A stretch of DNA of 64,000 bases, taken from contig CAJXNU010000001.1 of assembly GCA_913057255.1 (NCBI GenBank), positions 5,974 through 69,973 of the forward strand, written 5' to 3'. The DNA comes from an uncultured Wenzhouxiangella sp. (GTDB lineage Bacteria > Pseudomonadota > Gammaproteobacteria > Xanthomonadales > Wenzhouxiangellaceae). The notes below the pieces were generated by a model that was not told the origin of the DNA, made no database searches, and was given only the letters and a program-made list of their open reading frames with translations. Below are positions 29,375 to 39,903 of the stretch, piece by piece. The first letter of the stretch is position 1. Every line of letters starts with the position of its first letter. Made by a program: the position numbers and the translations under genes.

Positions 29375-30325
29375 TCAGTCCATTGCTTGATCAATCACTG
29401 AGGCACCGGGCACATCCACTGGGCTGATGAAGTGACGGGTCGTTAGACCGTATTGTTCAAATGCTCGAACCACGTCAGGGGCGGCTCGACGGGCTTTAGT
29501 GGCATCATCAAACCAAGCAAATACACTGGGGCCTGCACCTGAGATCGACCCACCCAGTGCGCCAGCGCCTTTGGCTGCCTCCATGGCCTCATCGAAGCCT
29601 TGAATAAAATGCTTGCGTCTGGGTTCAATCAAGCAGTCCGTTAAGCCCTCAGCCAAGAGATCGGTTTGATTCTCATACAAGCCAATCAAGAGTTGAGCCA
29701 AGCCCGCTTGTTGTTGGGTGATGGATGAAAGCGCAAACGGCGCTTCTAGATCAGAGCGAGTGGCTTGGGTCAGAATGGTTTGGTTGGAATGGACCACCAA
29801 AGCGGTGAGTCCGTTGGGTACTGGCAGAGGGATCAGACGTGTTGATGTGGCCAAGACCAAACCACCCATGAGTTGAGGCCCAACGTTATCGCCCACGTTG
29901 GCCCCACTGGCAATGGCCTCGCCCCTCATCGCGTAGGGATAAAGGTCGGTATGTGCAAGGGGTTGATTAAGTAGCGCGTTGGCCGCCACCACGGCAGCGG
30001 TCGCGCTGGCGGCCGACCCACCCAGGCCAGAGCCCAGCGGGATGCCTTTGTCAATGCTCAAATGCACATCAAAATCGGGGCGGGCCGCATCGAGTAAGCC
30101 TTGCACCGCTCTGGATGCGGTGTTGGCATCCGTGGCAGTCGGCAGATCGGTGACGACGCCTGATATGGCGACCACTTTTGCACGCGGTGATGTCGACTGG
30201 CGAGGTCTGGCTTGGGCGGTAACTCGATCACCGATGCCTGCGATGCAATGCCCGATGAGATCAAAGCCCACCGCGACATTGCCAACGGTCGCCGGCGAAA
30301 AAGCCGAGGCGCTTATGACAGCCAT
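29375..30325 (-). CDS. thrB: Homoserine kinase (GHMP family)
   Basis: PATVGNVAVGFD, KGIPLGSGLGGSAAS, DNVGPQL.GG, ISGAGPSVF. Confidence 0.85.
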   Translation of the reverse strand: MAVISASAFSPATVGNVAVGFDLIGHCIAGIGDRVTAQARPRQSTSPRAKVVAISGVVTDLPTATDANTASRAVQGLLDAARPDFDVHLSIDKGIPLGSGLGGSAASATAAVVAANALLNQPLAHTDLYPYAMRGEAIASGANVGDNVGPQLMGGLVLATSTRLIPLPVPNGLTALVVHSNQTILTQATRSDLEAPFALSSITQQQAGLAQLLIGLYENQTDLLAEGLTDCLIEPRRKHFIQGFDEAMEAAKGAGALGGSISGAGPSVFAWFDDATKARRAAPDVVRAFEQYGLTTRHFISPVDVPGASVIDQAMD

Positions 30326-31398
30326 AGCAAGGCTAGAGCCAGCATGGCCAATGTGGCCACGGCCGCCACAATAAATCCTCGAGGGCCCAATGATTTGACT
30401 TCACTGGGCGAGACGCTCATGGCCAAAGCCGACATGGCCATGGCAAAGCCTAGGAGGCTCATTTGATAAGCCAGCGCGATGATTGATGTCCATGCGGCAT
30501 TTAACCAATCGGTGTTGAGTGTGGAGACCAAACCATCGCCGAGGGTCCTGACAAGCGATAGCGCCAAAAAGGCCACGATAAACCAGGGAAATGGGACAGA
30601 GCTCGCCATTTCGGGATGATCGCGTCGTTGCGCTCGGTTGTAGAAAAAGACCAGCGCGGGGATCACCACCAGCATGGTGGAGTTTCGCATCAGTTTGGCC
30701 ACGGTCGCGCTGTCGAGGGTTTGATTATTGGGCCAAAGCTGCTGATGATAGACGGCCGCCGCGGTGACTTGAGCCGTATCATGGATGACCGTGCCTAAAG
30801 CCAAGCCAATAAGATTGGGGTCGAGCAAAGTGTGTTGCAAGATCAATGGATAGAGCAAAATGGCGATCAACCCCAACACGCCAATGCAGGCGATCGCATA
30901 ACAGGTCTCTTCATGATGCGCTTTCAGAGCAGGCGAGGCGGCAGCGATTGCAGAGGCGCCACAGATCGAGGTACCAGCGGCCAACAAAATGGTCAAACGA
31001 GGAGCCACACCGAAGAGTCGTCCCAAGACCAACACCAACCCCAGTCCAGTGAAGATCATCAAAATCACTAAGGGTAGGGCTTGACCCCCGGTGTTGATCA
31101 GCTCAGTGAGGCTTAGCCGAACCCCGACCAAAGCCACGGCGGTTTTTAATATGGGGCCTTTGGCGAGCGCTAAGCCCGCCTCTAGGGGTGCAGTGGCGCG
31201 AGCATACCGGCCCAGAAAAAGCCCCGCAATAATCGCGACCAACATGGCACTGACTGGGATCGGCCCGATGGGTGCTGGCAGTGATTCAAACAGCGCGGCC
31301 ACGCCCGTGGCAGCCAGCGCCAGGATTAAAGCGAACATCAGCCCAGGCCAACGGGCTGGACCAGGGGGCTGGATTTGGCGTTTAGCTGTGCTCATCAA
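30313..31398 (-). CDS. YeiH / putative sulfate exporter family membrane protein
   Basis: AGTSICGASAIAA, GT.IHDTAQV.AA, KLMRN, PWFIVAF. Confidence 0.88.
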   Translation of the reverse strand: MMSTAKRQIQPPGPARWPGLMFALILALAATGVAALFESLPAPIGPIPVSAMLVAIIAGLFLGRYARATAPLEAGLALAKGPILKTAVALVGVRLSLTELINTGGQALPLVILMIFTGLGLVLVLGRLFGVAPRLTILLAAGTSICGASAIAAASPALKAHHEETCYAIACIGVLGLIAILLYPLILQHTLLDPNLIGLALGTVIHDTAQVTAAAVYHQQLWPNNQTLDSATVAKLMRNSTMLVVIPALVFFYNRAQRRDHPEMASSVPFPWFIVAFLALSLVRTLGDGLVSTLNTDWLNAAWTSIIALAYQMSLLGFAMAMSALAMSVSPSEVKSLGPRGFIVAAVATLAMLALALLWLS

Positions 31399-31520
31399 TC
31401 ATCTGTGAGGGCTTTGGTCTATCTATGGATAAAAAGGTGGTAGCATCATAGCGTTTTTAGACAGACATTGCCGGCTTCGAGCCGTGCGTGGGTTCACCAG
31501 AGACAAGAGGATCTAGATGA

Positions 31521-33629
31521 ATGAACAAGCGATTGATGGGTTTGGGGCTCGCCGCGCTGCTGACGCCTTTGGCGTCCATGGCGGTTGAGGAGTCTCAAAT
31601 GACAGCACAAGACCCGTATTTGTGGCTTGAGGTGGTGGAAGGAGAGGAGGCTTTGGCGTGGGCCAGAGAGCAAAACGAACGCTCTGAGGGCTATATCAAA
31701 GCGCATCCTTTGTTTGAGACATTTCGAGACAGAAACCTAGAGATCTTAACCTCAGATGATCGGATCGCTTATCCCGCACTTCGGGGGGGCGAAGTCTATA
31801 ACTTCTGGCGCGATGCCGAACACGTCCGTGGCATTTGGCGAAAAACCAGTCTGCCCAATTACCGCGCATCGGATCCCGATTGGGATGTGCTCCTAGATGT
31901 CGATGCCTTGGCCAATGCGGAAGATGAAAACTGGGTCTGGGCTGGCTCGAGCTGCCGTTATCCTGACTATGATCGCTGTATTGTTGGGCTCTCCATTGGT
32001 GGGGCCGATGCAGCCGTGCGTCGCGAATTTGATCTCGAGCGTCGCGAGTTTGTCGAAGACGGTTTTGTGGTGCCCGAGTCAAAGTCTCGCCTAGGCTGGC
32101 GGGATTTGGATTCGGTCTTTTTGGGGCCTGCGTTTACCGATGCACAGATGACCGATTCGGGTTATCCCCGCTTGGTCCAGATCTGGGAGCGGGGCACACC
32201 CATTGAAGAGGCCAAAACCATTTTCGAGGGCGAGCAGGCCGACGTGGCCGTCTCAGGTATTCGTATCTGGGATGGTGATGCGCATCATGATCTGATCGTT
32301 CGGTCACCGAGCTTTTTTACGCGGCTCTACTATGTCTACCGAGACGACCAAACTGAGCAGTTGAACATCCCAGAAGATGCCAGCCTGGTGGGTTTGCTCA
32401 ATGGTCAACTGTTGGTTGAATTGAAATCGGATTGGGCACAAGCCGGCCAAACTTACCCACAAGGGGCTTTGATCGCGGCACCGATGGAAGACTTTTTAAC
32501 CACCGAGGTGACTCCTCAAGTGGTCTTCCAGCCCACCGCGAGAAGCTCGATCTCACAAGTGGTCACCACCGATCAAACGGTGATTGTCAATGTGCTCGAT
32601 AACGTGGTCTCGCGTCTGGTGCGCTTTGAGTTTGTGGATGGCCAGTGGCAAAGCAGCCCGCTCAAGGCCCCCGAGATGGGTGCGCTGAGCATCGTGACGG
32701 CCGATGATCGTAGCGATCAATTCTTCTTTAACTACACCGGCTTTTTGACCCCCTCGTCGCTGTATGAGGCCGATGCCAAGACCAATACGCAGACCTTGGT
32801 GCGCTCTGAACCGGCCCGCTTTGAGGCCGATGGCATGAGCGTGAGTCAATTTGAGGCGGTGTCTGCCGATGGTGAGAAGATTCCGTATTTTGTGGTCAAG
32901 CCGGCAGGCTTCCAAGACGGGACAACCTATCCGACGTTGTTATCTGCCTATGGTGGGTTTGAGATTTCGAGAACGCCATTTTATTCCGGCATCATTGGCT
33001 CGAGTTGGACATCTCGCGGTGGCGTGTTTGTGCTGGCCAATATTCGGGGTGGGGGTGAGTTTGGCCCGCGTTGGCACCAGGCAGCGTTGCAAGAAAACCG
33101 TCAGCGCGCGTTTGATGATTTGATTGCGGTGTCTGAGGATTTGATCCAGCGGGGCATTACTGAGCCATCGAAGCTTGGCATCCAAGGCGGCTCAAACGGT
33201 GGCTTGTTGGTGGGTGCGGTGATGGTGCAGCGTCCCGATCTATTCAATGCGGTGGTTTGCCAGGTCCCATTGTTGGATATGAAGCGTTTCCACAAACTGT
33301 TGGCTGGGGCCAGCTGGATGGCCGAATACGGTAATCCAGATGATCCAGCCGATTGGGCCTACATCAGTGAGTATTCGCCCTACCAAAATGTCTCCGCTGA
33401 GGCCGAATATCCCAAAGCCTTTTTCACCACCTCGACTCGGGATGATCGGGTGCACCCGGCGCATGCCCGAAAAATGGTGGCTCGCATGGTCGAGCAGGGC
33501 CATGATGTGCTCTATTACGAAAACATTGAAGGCGGACACGGCGGTGCGGCCAATTTGGAGCAGAGTGCGTATTTAAATGCCTTGATTCATGCTTATTTGC
33601 ACGATCGCCTGTTTGGGCAGGAACCTTGA
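31521..33629 (+). CDS. Prolyl oligopeptidase (S9A), exported
   Basis: Signal peptide; DPYLWLE, RGGGEFGPRWH, GGSNGGLL (catalytic Ser), RDDRVHP, EGGHG. Confidence 0.93.
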   Translation: MNKRLMGLGLAALLTPLASMAVEESQMTAQDPYLWLEVVEGEEALAWAREQNERSEGYIKAHPLFETFRDRNLEILTSDDRIAYPALRGGEVYNFWRDAEHVRGIWRKTSLPNYRASDPDWDVLLDVDALANAEDENWVWAGSSCRYPDYDRCIVGLSIGGADAAVRREFDLERREFVEDGFVVPESKSRLGWRDLDSVFLGPAFTDAQMTDSGYPRLVQIWERGTPIEEAKTIFEGEQADVAVSGIRIWDGDAHHDLIVRSPSFFTRLYYVYRDDQTEQLNIPEDASLVGLLNGQLLVELKSDWAQAGQTYPQGALIAAPMEDFLTTEVTPQVVFQPTARSSISQVVTTDQTVIVNVLDNVVSRLVRFEFVDGQWQSSPLKAPEMGALSIVTADDRSDQFFFNYTGFLTPSSLYEADAKTNTQTLVRSEPARFEADGMSVSQFEAVSADGEKIPYFVVKPAGFQDGTTYPTLLSAYGGFEISRTPFYSGIIGSSWTSRGGVFVLANIRGGGEFGPRWHQAALQENRQRAFDDLIAVSEDLIQRGITEPSKLGIQGGSNGGLLVGAVMVQRPDLFNAVVCQVPLLDMKRFHKLLAGASWMAEYGNPDDPADWAYISEYSPYQNVSAEAEYPKAFFTTSTRDDRVHPAHARKMVARMVEQGHDVLYYENIEGGHGGAANLEQSAYLNALIHAYLHDRLFGQEP

Positions 33630-33750
33630 CGCCAAATTGAGGTCTGATTGTGTAAGTTGTTGTAGACAGGGCCCCAGGCGGGGGCCAGCGTGGGCTCCCA
33701 TGCGCTGGCCTCCGGTTGGGTAAGAACTGTGGCTACGGAAGCCACAGGCC

Positions 33751-33779
33751 CTTGAAATGGGGCGCAACAGGCCCCAAAC
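33751..33779 (+). promoter_or_regulatory. sigma32-like promoter upstream of rpoH
   Basis: CTTGAAA-14-CCCCAAAC. Confidence 0.5.
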
Positions 33780-33794
33780 CTTGAATTTGGGGCA

Positions 33795-33823
33795 TTGGAA
33801 TTGTCCCTTAGGGGTGGTAAAAT
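33795..33823 (+). promoter_or_regulatory. sigma70 promoter of rpoH
   Basis: TTGGAA-17-TAAAAT with extended -10 TG. Confidence 0.6.
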
Positions 33824-33886
33824 TAGAGGGTTCAGATGGTCTGTCAACCACAGACGGTTTGTCCTTAATTTACAAGGAGGCATTTG

Positions 33887-34744
33887 ATGGGCACAAATCT
33901 GGTTCCGAGTCATTTGTTGGCACCCGCCGGCACTGGGTCGCTGGATGCCTATATTCAGGAAGTCAATCGAATTCCTGTCTTGAGCCTTGAAGAAGAACAG
34001 GCGTTGGCTCGCCGATTCCATGAAGAAGATGATCTGGATGCCGCTCGGTTAATGGTCATGTCGCACCTGCGCTTCGTGGTCCACGTGGCGCGTGGCTATT
34101 CAGGTTACGGCCTGGCGCTGGGTGATCTGATCCAAGAAGGCAACATTGGTTTGATGAAGGCGGTCAAACGCTTTGATCCAGACCAAGGTGTCCGTTTGGT
34201 GTCGTTCGCCGTGCACTGGATCCGCGCCGAAATACACGAATTTATTCTGAAAAACTGGCGGATTGTCAAAGTCGCCACGACAAAAGCACAGCGCAAACTG
34301 TTTTTTAACTTGCGTCGTCAGAAGAAGCGTTTGGGTTGGTTGAATCAAGACGAAGTCAACCGCGTGGCCGAGGACTTAGGTGTTAAGCCTGAGGTGGTCA
34401 CTGAGATGGAGTCTCGACTGGCCGGCCAAGATGTTGGATTTGATCTGACTTCGGATGATGATGAGTCAAGTTATGTAGCGCCTGCTGCCTATCTTGAGGC
34501 CATCACGGTGTCTCCAGCTGAGGCCATTGAAGCCCAAGATTGGGAAGACCATCACCATCAGCTGTTGTTTGATGGTCTGGACCAATTGGACGATCGGGCT
34601 CGCGACATCATTCAAAGTCGCTGGCTGTTGGAACCAAAGGCCACGTTGCAAGAGTTGGCCGACAAGTACGATGTCTCTGCTGAGCGCATTCGCCAGCTCG
34701 AAGCCAATGCCATGAAAAAGCTTCAGGCTGAGTTGGCTGCCTAA
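33887..34744 (+). CDS. rpoH: Heat-shock sigma factor sigma32
   Basis: [19 protein letters not shown], RpoH box [24 protein letters not shown]; SD AAGGAGG. Confidence 0.96.
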   Translation: MGTNLVPSHLLAPAGTGSLDAYIQEVNRIPVLSLEEEQALARRFHEEDDLDAARLMVMSHLRFVVHVARGYSGYGLALGDLIQEGNIGLMKAVKRFDPDQGVRLVSFAVHWIRAEIHEFILKNWRIVKVATTKAQRKLFFNLRRQKKRLGWLNQDEVNRVAEDLGVKPEVVTEMESRLAGQDVGFDLTSDDDESSYVAPAAYLEAITVSPAEAIEAQDWEDHHHQLLFDGLDQLDDRARDIIQSRWLLEPKATLQELADKYDVSAERIRQLEANAMKKLQAELAA

Positions 34745-34779
34745 TCAAACCGCTGTCAGCCGACAATCAATCTTCAAGG

Positions 34780-34810
34780 AATGGGCCCACTTTTGCTGGG
34801 CCCATTTTTT
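34780..34810. terminator. Terminator between convergent rpoH and murB
   Basis: AATGGGCCCA-cttttgc-TGGGCCCATT-TTTT. Confidence 0.8.
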
Positions 34811-35897
34811 ATGCAGGGGCTTTGATCAGCTGAGGCTCCGGCACCAAGCTCACCCCAAAGGCATTCGATACGGACTCAGTGATCTCGCTGATCAAGGCTT
34901 CCAGATCATCAGCGCTCGCATGCCCCTGATTGATCAAGACCAGCGCATGGTGAGTATAAACAGCCGCATCGCCAATTTGTTTGCCTTTAAAGCCCAAATG
35001 CTCAATCATCCATGCGGCACTGAGTTTCACACCTTGGCCCCGACTGGGATCGCTCACCGGCCACTGGGGCAGTTGTGGGAAGGTGGCGGCCAGTGTTTTG
35101 GCTTGCTCGAACGTGACGATGGGGTTTTTAAAAAAACTACCCACATTGGCGATTCGATTGGGATCGGGCAGGCGATGCCTTCTCAAGCGCATGATGGTGG
35201 CCGCCAACACTCGAGCAGAGGCCGTGGCCTCAAGATCATCAGCAGTCACATCGCCAGCAGTCACTTGCCGACTGCTTTGTTGGGCGAGCGCTTGTTTGAG
35301 GCTCGGATAGTTCGCTTGCGGTGTAAACGTTTTACTGAGGCGAAGGTCTACCTGCGTGATCAGGTATCGATGATCAGGCATGTGTTTGAAAACAGAATCT
35401 CGATAAGCAAATTGACAGGCTTCAGGGCTAAATGGTTTGAGCGCTCGTGTCACGCGATCCCAGCAGATGACCTGCTCAATCACAGATGAGATCTCCACGC
35501 CATACGCCCCAATATTTTGAATGGGCGCACCGCCAACTGATCCTGGAATCAGGATCAGGTTTTCAATGCCATACCAACCCTGATCAAGACAATGCCGAAC
35601 CAAGCCATGCCATGACTCACCGGCACCGACCGAGATGACCACCTCATCGCCTTCATCGCGAACGCTCAATCCTTTGAGCTGGTTGATGACAACAAGCCCT
35701 GGCCAGTCGGATAAAAAGACGGTGTTGGACCCACCACCGAGAATCACCAAATTGGGGTCAAGTAGGGCGCTGTGCTCTAGATCTTCAAGGCTCGACAGGC
35801 TCAACAATTGATCTGCCCGAGCAGGCAGTCTGAAGGTGCTAAGCGCCGATAGATCGGCGTTGTGAATCAGCGGGTCTCGGGCCATGCGGTAACGCAT
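34809..35897 (-). CDS. murB: UDP-N-acetylmuramate dehydrogenase (start may be ATG 35885)
   Basis: LGGGSN, IPGSVGGAPIQNIGAYG, YRDS.FK, NVGSFFKNP, HALVLIN, EPQ. Confidence 0.93.
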   Translation of the reverse strand: MRYRMARDPLIHNADLSALSTFRLPARADQLLSLSSLEDLEHSALLDPNLVILGGGSNTVFLSDWPGLVVINQLKGLSVRDEGDEVVISVGAGESWHGLVRHCLDQGWYGIENLILIPGSVGGAPIQNIGAYGVEISSVIEQVICWDRVTRALKPFSPEACQFAYRDSVFKHMPDHRYLITQVDLRLSKTFTPQANYPSLKQALAQQSSRQVTAGDVTADDLEATASARVLAATIMRLRRHRLPDPNRIANVGSFFKNPIVTFEQAKTLAATFPQLPQWPVSDPSRGQGVKLSAAWMIEHLGFKGKQIGDAAVYTHHALVLINQGHASADDLEALISEITESVSNAFGVSLVPEPQLIKAPA

Positions 35898-36889
35898 TCT
35901 TTGATCAGTTTTGGGCCTTCATAAATCAGGCCAGTGTAGATCTGGACCAAGTCAGCACCCAGTTGATGTTTTTTGGCCGCATCAGCGCCTGAGGCAATGC
36001 CCCCCACACCCACCAAAGGAAACTCAGGCCCCAGAATCTGACGGGCCATGGCCAAGACATGGTTTGAGGCTTGAGTGACCGGTCGTCCACTCAGTCCGCC
36101 AGTCTCGTGGGCCAGCGGGTGGTCTTTGACGGCTTGTCGGTCCAGCGTGGTGTTGGTCGCGATCAAACCGTCTATGCCTGAAGCGCCAATGGTTTCTAGT
36201 GCTTGGATCAGTGCCGCTTCTTCCCAATCTGGAGCGATCTTAATGAGCATGGGTCTTTGGGTTTGGTGCTTTTCGGCCAAGCTGTTTCGCACGCCCACCA
36301 GTTCAGATAGCAGTTCGGCCAAATGCCCTTGGTCTTGCAGTGCTCTCAAATTTTTAGTGTTGGGCGAGGAGATGTTGATGGTGATGTAGTCACAATGATC
36401 AAAGACTTTTTCAATGCAAATGGCATAGTCTGAAGCCGCCTGATCAATGGGTGTGTCTTTTTGTTTGCCCACATTGGTGCCCACAATGCCCGTATAGCGT
36501 CGTTTTTTTAGATTCTCGACCAAGTGATCCACGCCTTGGTTATTAAACCCCATGCGATTGATCAAGGCGCCATGAGACGCCAGCCGGAACATTCTGGGTC
36601 GATCATTGCCTGGCTGGGGTTTGGGCGTGACGGTGCCCACCTCAATGAAGCCAAACCCAAGGGATCCCAAGGCATCGATGTGGTCACCATCTTTATCCAA
36701 ACCCGCAGCCAAGCCCACGGGGTTTTTAAAGCGCAAGCCCATGCAGTCGACTGGGCAGTCTTGGGGTGGCGGGTAGAGCGTTTTTAAGAGATTGAAGCGA
36801 GCGCCAACATCAAGGCTCGCCATGGCCAAGTCATGTGCTTTTTCTGGCTCAAGACGGAACAGACCATGGCGCAGCCAGTGATACATCAA
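35867..36889 (-). CDS. pyrD: Quinone-dependent dihydroorotate dehydrogenase
   Basis: [44 protein letters not shown]. Confidence 0.95.
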   Translation of the reverse strand: MMYHWLRHGLFRLEPEKAHDLAMASLDVGARFNLLKTLYPPPQDCPVDCMGLRFKNPVGLAAGLDKDGDHIDALGSLGFGFIEVGTVTPKPQPGNDRPRMFRLASHGALINRMGFNNQGVDHLVENLKKRRYTGIVGTNVGKQKDTPIDQAASDYAICIEKVFDHCDYITINISSPNTKNLRALQDQGHLAELLSELVGVRNSLAEKHQTQRPMLIKIAPDWEEAALIQALETIGASGIDGLIATNTTLDRQAVKDHPLAHETGGLSGRPVTQASNHVLAMARQILGPEFPLVGVGGIASGADAAKKHQLGADLVQIYTGLIYEGPKLIKECVTAWPETR

Positions 36890-38430
36890 AACTCGAACTT
36901 AATGCCTTGCGCTAACGGCAATTCACGCGAGTAGTTGATGGTGTTGGTTTGCCGACGCATATAGGCTTGCCAGGCATCCGATCCTGACTCGCGCCCACCG
37001 CCGGTTTCTTTCTCCCCACCAAAGGCTCCACCAATTTCAGCACCTGAGGTGCCGATGTTGACATTGGCGATGCCACAGTCCGATCCAAGATGCGATAGGA
37101 AATACTCTGCGTTGCGGATGTCGGTGGTGAAAATGGCTGACGACAAGCCTTGTTTGACGTTGTTGTGCATCTCCATGGCTTGAGGCAGGGTCTCATACGG
37201 CATCACATACAAGATGGGTGCAAAGGTCTCTTCCTGGACGATGTCCCAATCGTTATTGGCCTTGATGATCGTCGGCTTGACATAAAAGCCCGGTCCATCG
37301 ATCACCTCGCCGCCGCATAGCACCTCACCACCCAACGCCTTGGCGCGCTCGACGGCGTTGAGGTAGCGATCTTGCGCGGCTTGATCGGTCAACGGGCCCA
37401 TCAGTGTTTCGGGGTTTAAGGGATCGCCAATGCGAACTTGGGCGTAGGCAGATACCAGCTTCTCACACACCGTGTCCATGAGTGAGGCATGAACAAATAA
37501 ACGGCGTGTGGTTGTGCAACGTTGGCCGGCCGTGCCAACGGCGCCAAACACCACCGCAGGGATGGCCAGTTCGAGATCGGCTGTGGGATCAATGATGATG
37601 GCATTGTTGCCGCCGAGCTCCAACAGGCTCTTGCCCATGCGCTTGGCCACGCGTTGGCTCACCGCTCGTCCAATGGCTGTCGAGCCTGTAAATGAGATCA
37701 ACGCCACGCGCTCATCGTCTACAAAGCGCTCAGCCAGCGTGTGCTCTGATTCCATAAAGGAGGTAAAAATGGGGGGCAGATCCGCGTCTTTGAGTGCGTC
37801 ATTAACGATATTTTGTACGGCCAAACAGCACAAAGCACCTTTGGGACTGGGTTTCCAAACCGTGGCATTGCCACAGATCGCCGAGAGCAAAGCATTCCAA
37901 GCCCAGACCGCCACCGGGAAGTTGAATGCGGTGATCACGCCCACCACGCCCAGTGGATGCCATTGCTCATACATGCGATGGCCAGGTCTTTCCGAATGCA
38001 TGGTTTTACCAAACAGCATCCGCGATTGGCCCAGAGCCAAATCACCGATGTCGATCATCTCCTGGACCTCACCATCTCCCTCGGCTTTGATTTTCCCCAT
38101 TTCCAGCGCCACCAACGACCCCAGCGCATCCTTATTTGCCCGCAAGGCATCGGTGACCAAGCGGATGGCATGGCCACGCTCAGGCGCGGTGACTTGGCGC
38201 CAGGCCAATGCGGCATCTTGTGCGGTCTCGATGACCCGCTCATAATCGGCCTCGGTGGCCGAGCTGATCTGAGCGATCACCTCACCGGTGGCAGGGCAAA
38301 TGGAGTCAAACAGTCGATCTTGTTGGATCTCCGACCACTGTCCGGGCCCAAAGCAGGCCCCTGGGTTGGTGGCTTTGAGTCCCAGCGCTTGCAGAAGACC
38401 GGCGGTGTTTTGACTGGATGGTTGAGTCAT
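36886..38430 (-). CDS. Aldehyde dehydrogenase family 7 (piperideine-6-carboxylate/antiquitin-like)
   Basis: [68 protein letters not shown]. Confidence 0.9.
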   Translation of the reverse strand: MTQPSSQNTAGLLQALGLKATNPGACFGPGQWSEIQQDRLFDSICPATGEVIAQISSATEADYERVIETAQDAALAWRQVTAPERGHAIRLVTDALRANKDALGSLVALEMGKIKAEGDGEVQEMIDIGDLALGQSRMLFGKTMHSERPGHRMYEQWHPLGVVGVITAFNFPVAVWAWNALLSAICGNATVWKPSPKGALCCLAVQNIVNDALKDADLPPIFTSFMESEHTLAERFVDDERVALISFTGSTAIGRAVSQRVAKRMGKSLLELGGNNAIIIDPTADLELAIPAVVFGAVGTAGQRCTTTRRLFVHASLMDTVCEKLVSAYAQVRIGDPLNPETLMGPLTDQAAQDRYLNAVERAKALGGEVLCGGEVIDGPGFYVKPTIIKANNDWDIVQEETFAPILYVMPYETLPQAMEMHNNVKQGLSSAIFTTDIRNAEYFLSHLGSDCGIANVNIGTSGAEIGGAFGGEKETGGGRESGSDAWQAYMRRQTNTINYSRELPLAQGIKFEF

Positions 38431-38614
38431 GGCTTAAATCCTATCGAAATCATTCATCAGCCCATATTATCGCATGCTCAGCGGGCGATTCTGGGCTGGC
38501 ATGCTATCCTTTGGCGATGGCATCGACAAGACCAATGGTGGTCAGCTAGAGCGCGTGGATGTAGGCAATTGGCCTGATTTGGCGCACTTTAAGGACCAGA
38601 TTGTCTAGGATCTT

Positions 38615-38641
38615 GAAACTAATTGGGCGCAATGCGGTCTA
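38615..38641 (+). promoter_or_regulatory. sigmaE-type autoregulatory promoter of rpoE
   Basis: GAAACT-16-GTCTA versus consensus GAACTT-N16-GTCnnA. Confidence 0.55.
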
Positions 38642-38674
38642 GAGCTGTAGCCGAGCGTCGATCACGGAGCAAGG

Positions 38675-39271
38675 ATGGCCCTGATGGGCGAGCGGGAAAC
38701 TGATCAACTGTTGGTAGAGCGAGTGCAAAAAGGCGATAAAACCGCCTTCGATGTGCTTGTAAAAAAATATCAGCACAAGATCATCAGCTTGATCATGCGC
38801 TATGTACCTGATCATGCAGAGGCAATGGATGTGGCACAGGAAGCTTTTATCAAAGCCTACAATGCCCTGGCTCGATTTCGTGGTGAGAGTGCTTTTTATA
38901 CTTGGATGTATCGGATTGCGATCAACACGGCAAAAAATCACCTGGTGGCCCAGGGCCGCCGGCCGCCGCTATCGGATGTGGATGCCAGCGATGCCGAGCA
39001 GTACAGTGTCGATTCCAGACTTAAAGAAACAGCTTCACCCGAGCACGAATTATTGACAGCTGAGATTGAACAAACGGTGCATGATGCAATCGAAGCATTG
39101 CCAGAAGATTTGAAAACGGCCATTGTTCTGCGAGAAATGGAAGGCATGAGTTATGAAGACATCGCTCAAGCAATGGAATGTCCCATCGGGACGGTTCGAT
39201 CTCGTATATTCCGGGCAAGAGAAGCCATCGATGATAGGCTGCGCCCACTCTTAGATGAGACCCAAGCATGA
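38675..39271 (+). CDS. rpoE: ECF sigma factor sigmaE
   Basis: DVAQEAFIKAY, FYTWMYRIAINTAKN, CPIGTVRSRIFRARE. Confidence 0.96.
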   Translation: MALMGERETDQLLVERVQKGDKTAFDVLVKKYQHKIISLIMRYVPDHAEAMDVAQEAFIKAYNALARFRGESAFYTWMYRIAINTAKNHLVAQGRRPPLSDVDASDAEQYSVDSRLKETASPEHELLTAEIEQTVHDAIEALPEDLKTAIVLREMEGMSYEDIAQAMECPIGTVRSRIFRAREAIDDRLRPLLDETQA

Positions 39272-39894
39272 CCACTCAAAACCCCCAACCCAAAGATTCC
39301 AACCCAGAACTCGATGAGGAGCTATCGGCTTTTGTCGATGGCGAAATCGAGCGCTCACGACAGCGCTTTGTGATTAAGCGTTTGACTGAACACGCTAGCG
39401 TTGCCAACCGCTGGTCCAGATACCACTTGACCAGACAAGTCATGCGCAAAGAGGCCTTTGTGGCAGATGATCTCTCCGTGCGGGTGTCTCGTGCTTTGGA
39501 GACTTCGCCACCGCTTGAGGAGATGCCTACTCAAAACCGATTTCTTAAACCCGTTGCGGGTGGCTTGATTGCAGCCAGCGTTGCGGTGGTGGCCTTGTTG
39601 GGCATGAACCGTTCGCTATTAGACAACTCAGGCCCCAGCGTCGGTGAACTGGAACAGGGCTTTGTCAGTCAGACCACGCCGATGGATCGGGTGTTTACAC
39701 AGCCTGCCACCCCTGTGGGTTTGGGTGGAAGAACCTCTGCTGATCAGGAGCGTCTGCAGCGTTTGATGCTCCAGCATCAGCAAGCCGCCAGAGGGGCGGG
39801 TGTGGGGACCTACTGGCCGGTGGTGAGCTTAGCACCGAGCAAAGAGGATCGCCCTGTCCAAAGTGATGATCGCCCCGTTGACCAACGGCAGTAG
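39268..39894 (+). CDS. rseA: Anti-sigmaE factor RseA/MucA
   Basis: EELSAFVDGE...WSRYHL, one TM segment (LIAASVAVVALLG), position after rpoE. Confidence 0.85.
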   Translation: MTTQNPQPKDSNPELDEELSAFVDGEIERSRQRFVIKRLTEHASVANRWSRYHLTRQVMRKEAFVADDLSVRVSRALETSPPLEEMPTQNRFLKPVAGGLIAASVAVVALLGMNRSLLDNSGPSVGELEQGFVSQTTPMDRVFTQPATPVGLGGRTSADQERLQRLMLQHQQAARGAGVGTYWPVVSLAPSKEDRPVQSDDRPVDQRQ

Positions 39895-39903
39895 AGAAAC
39901 GAC

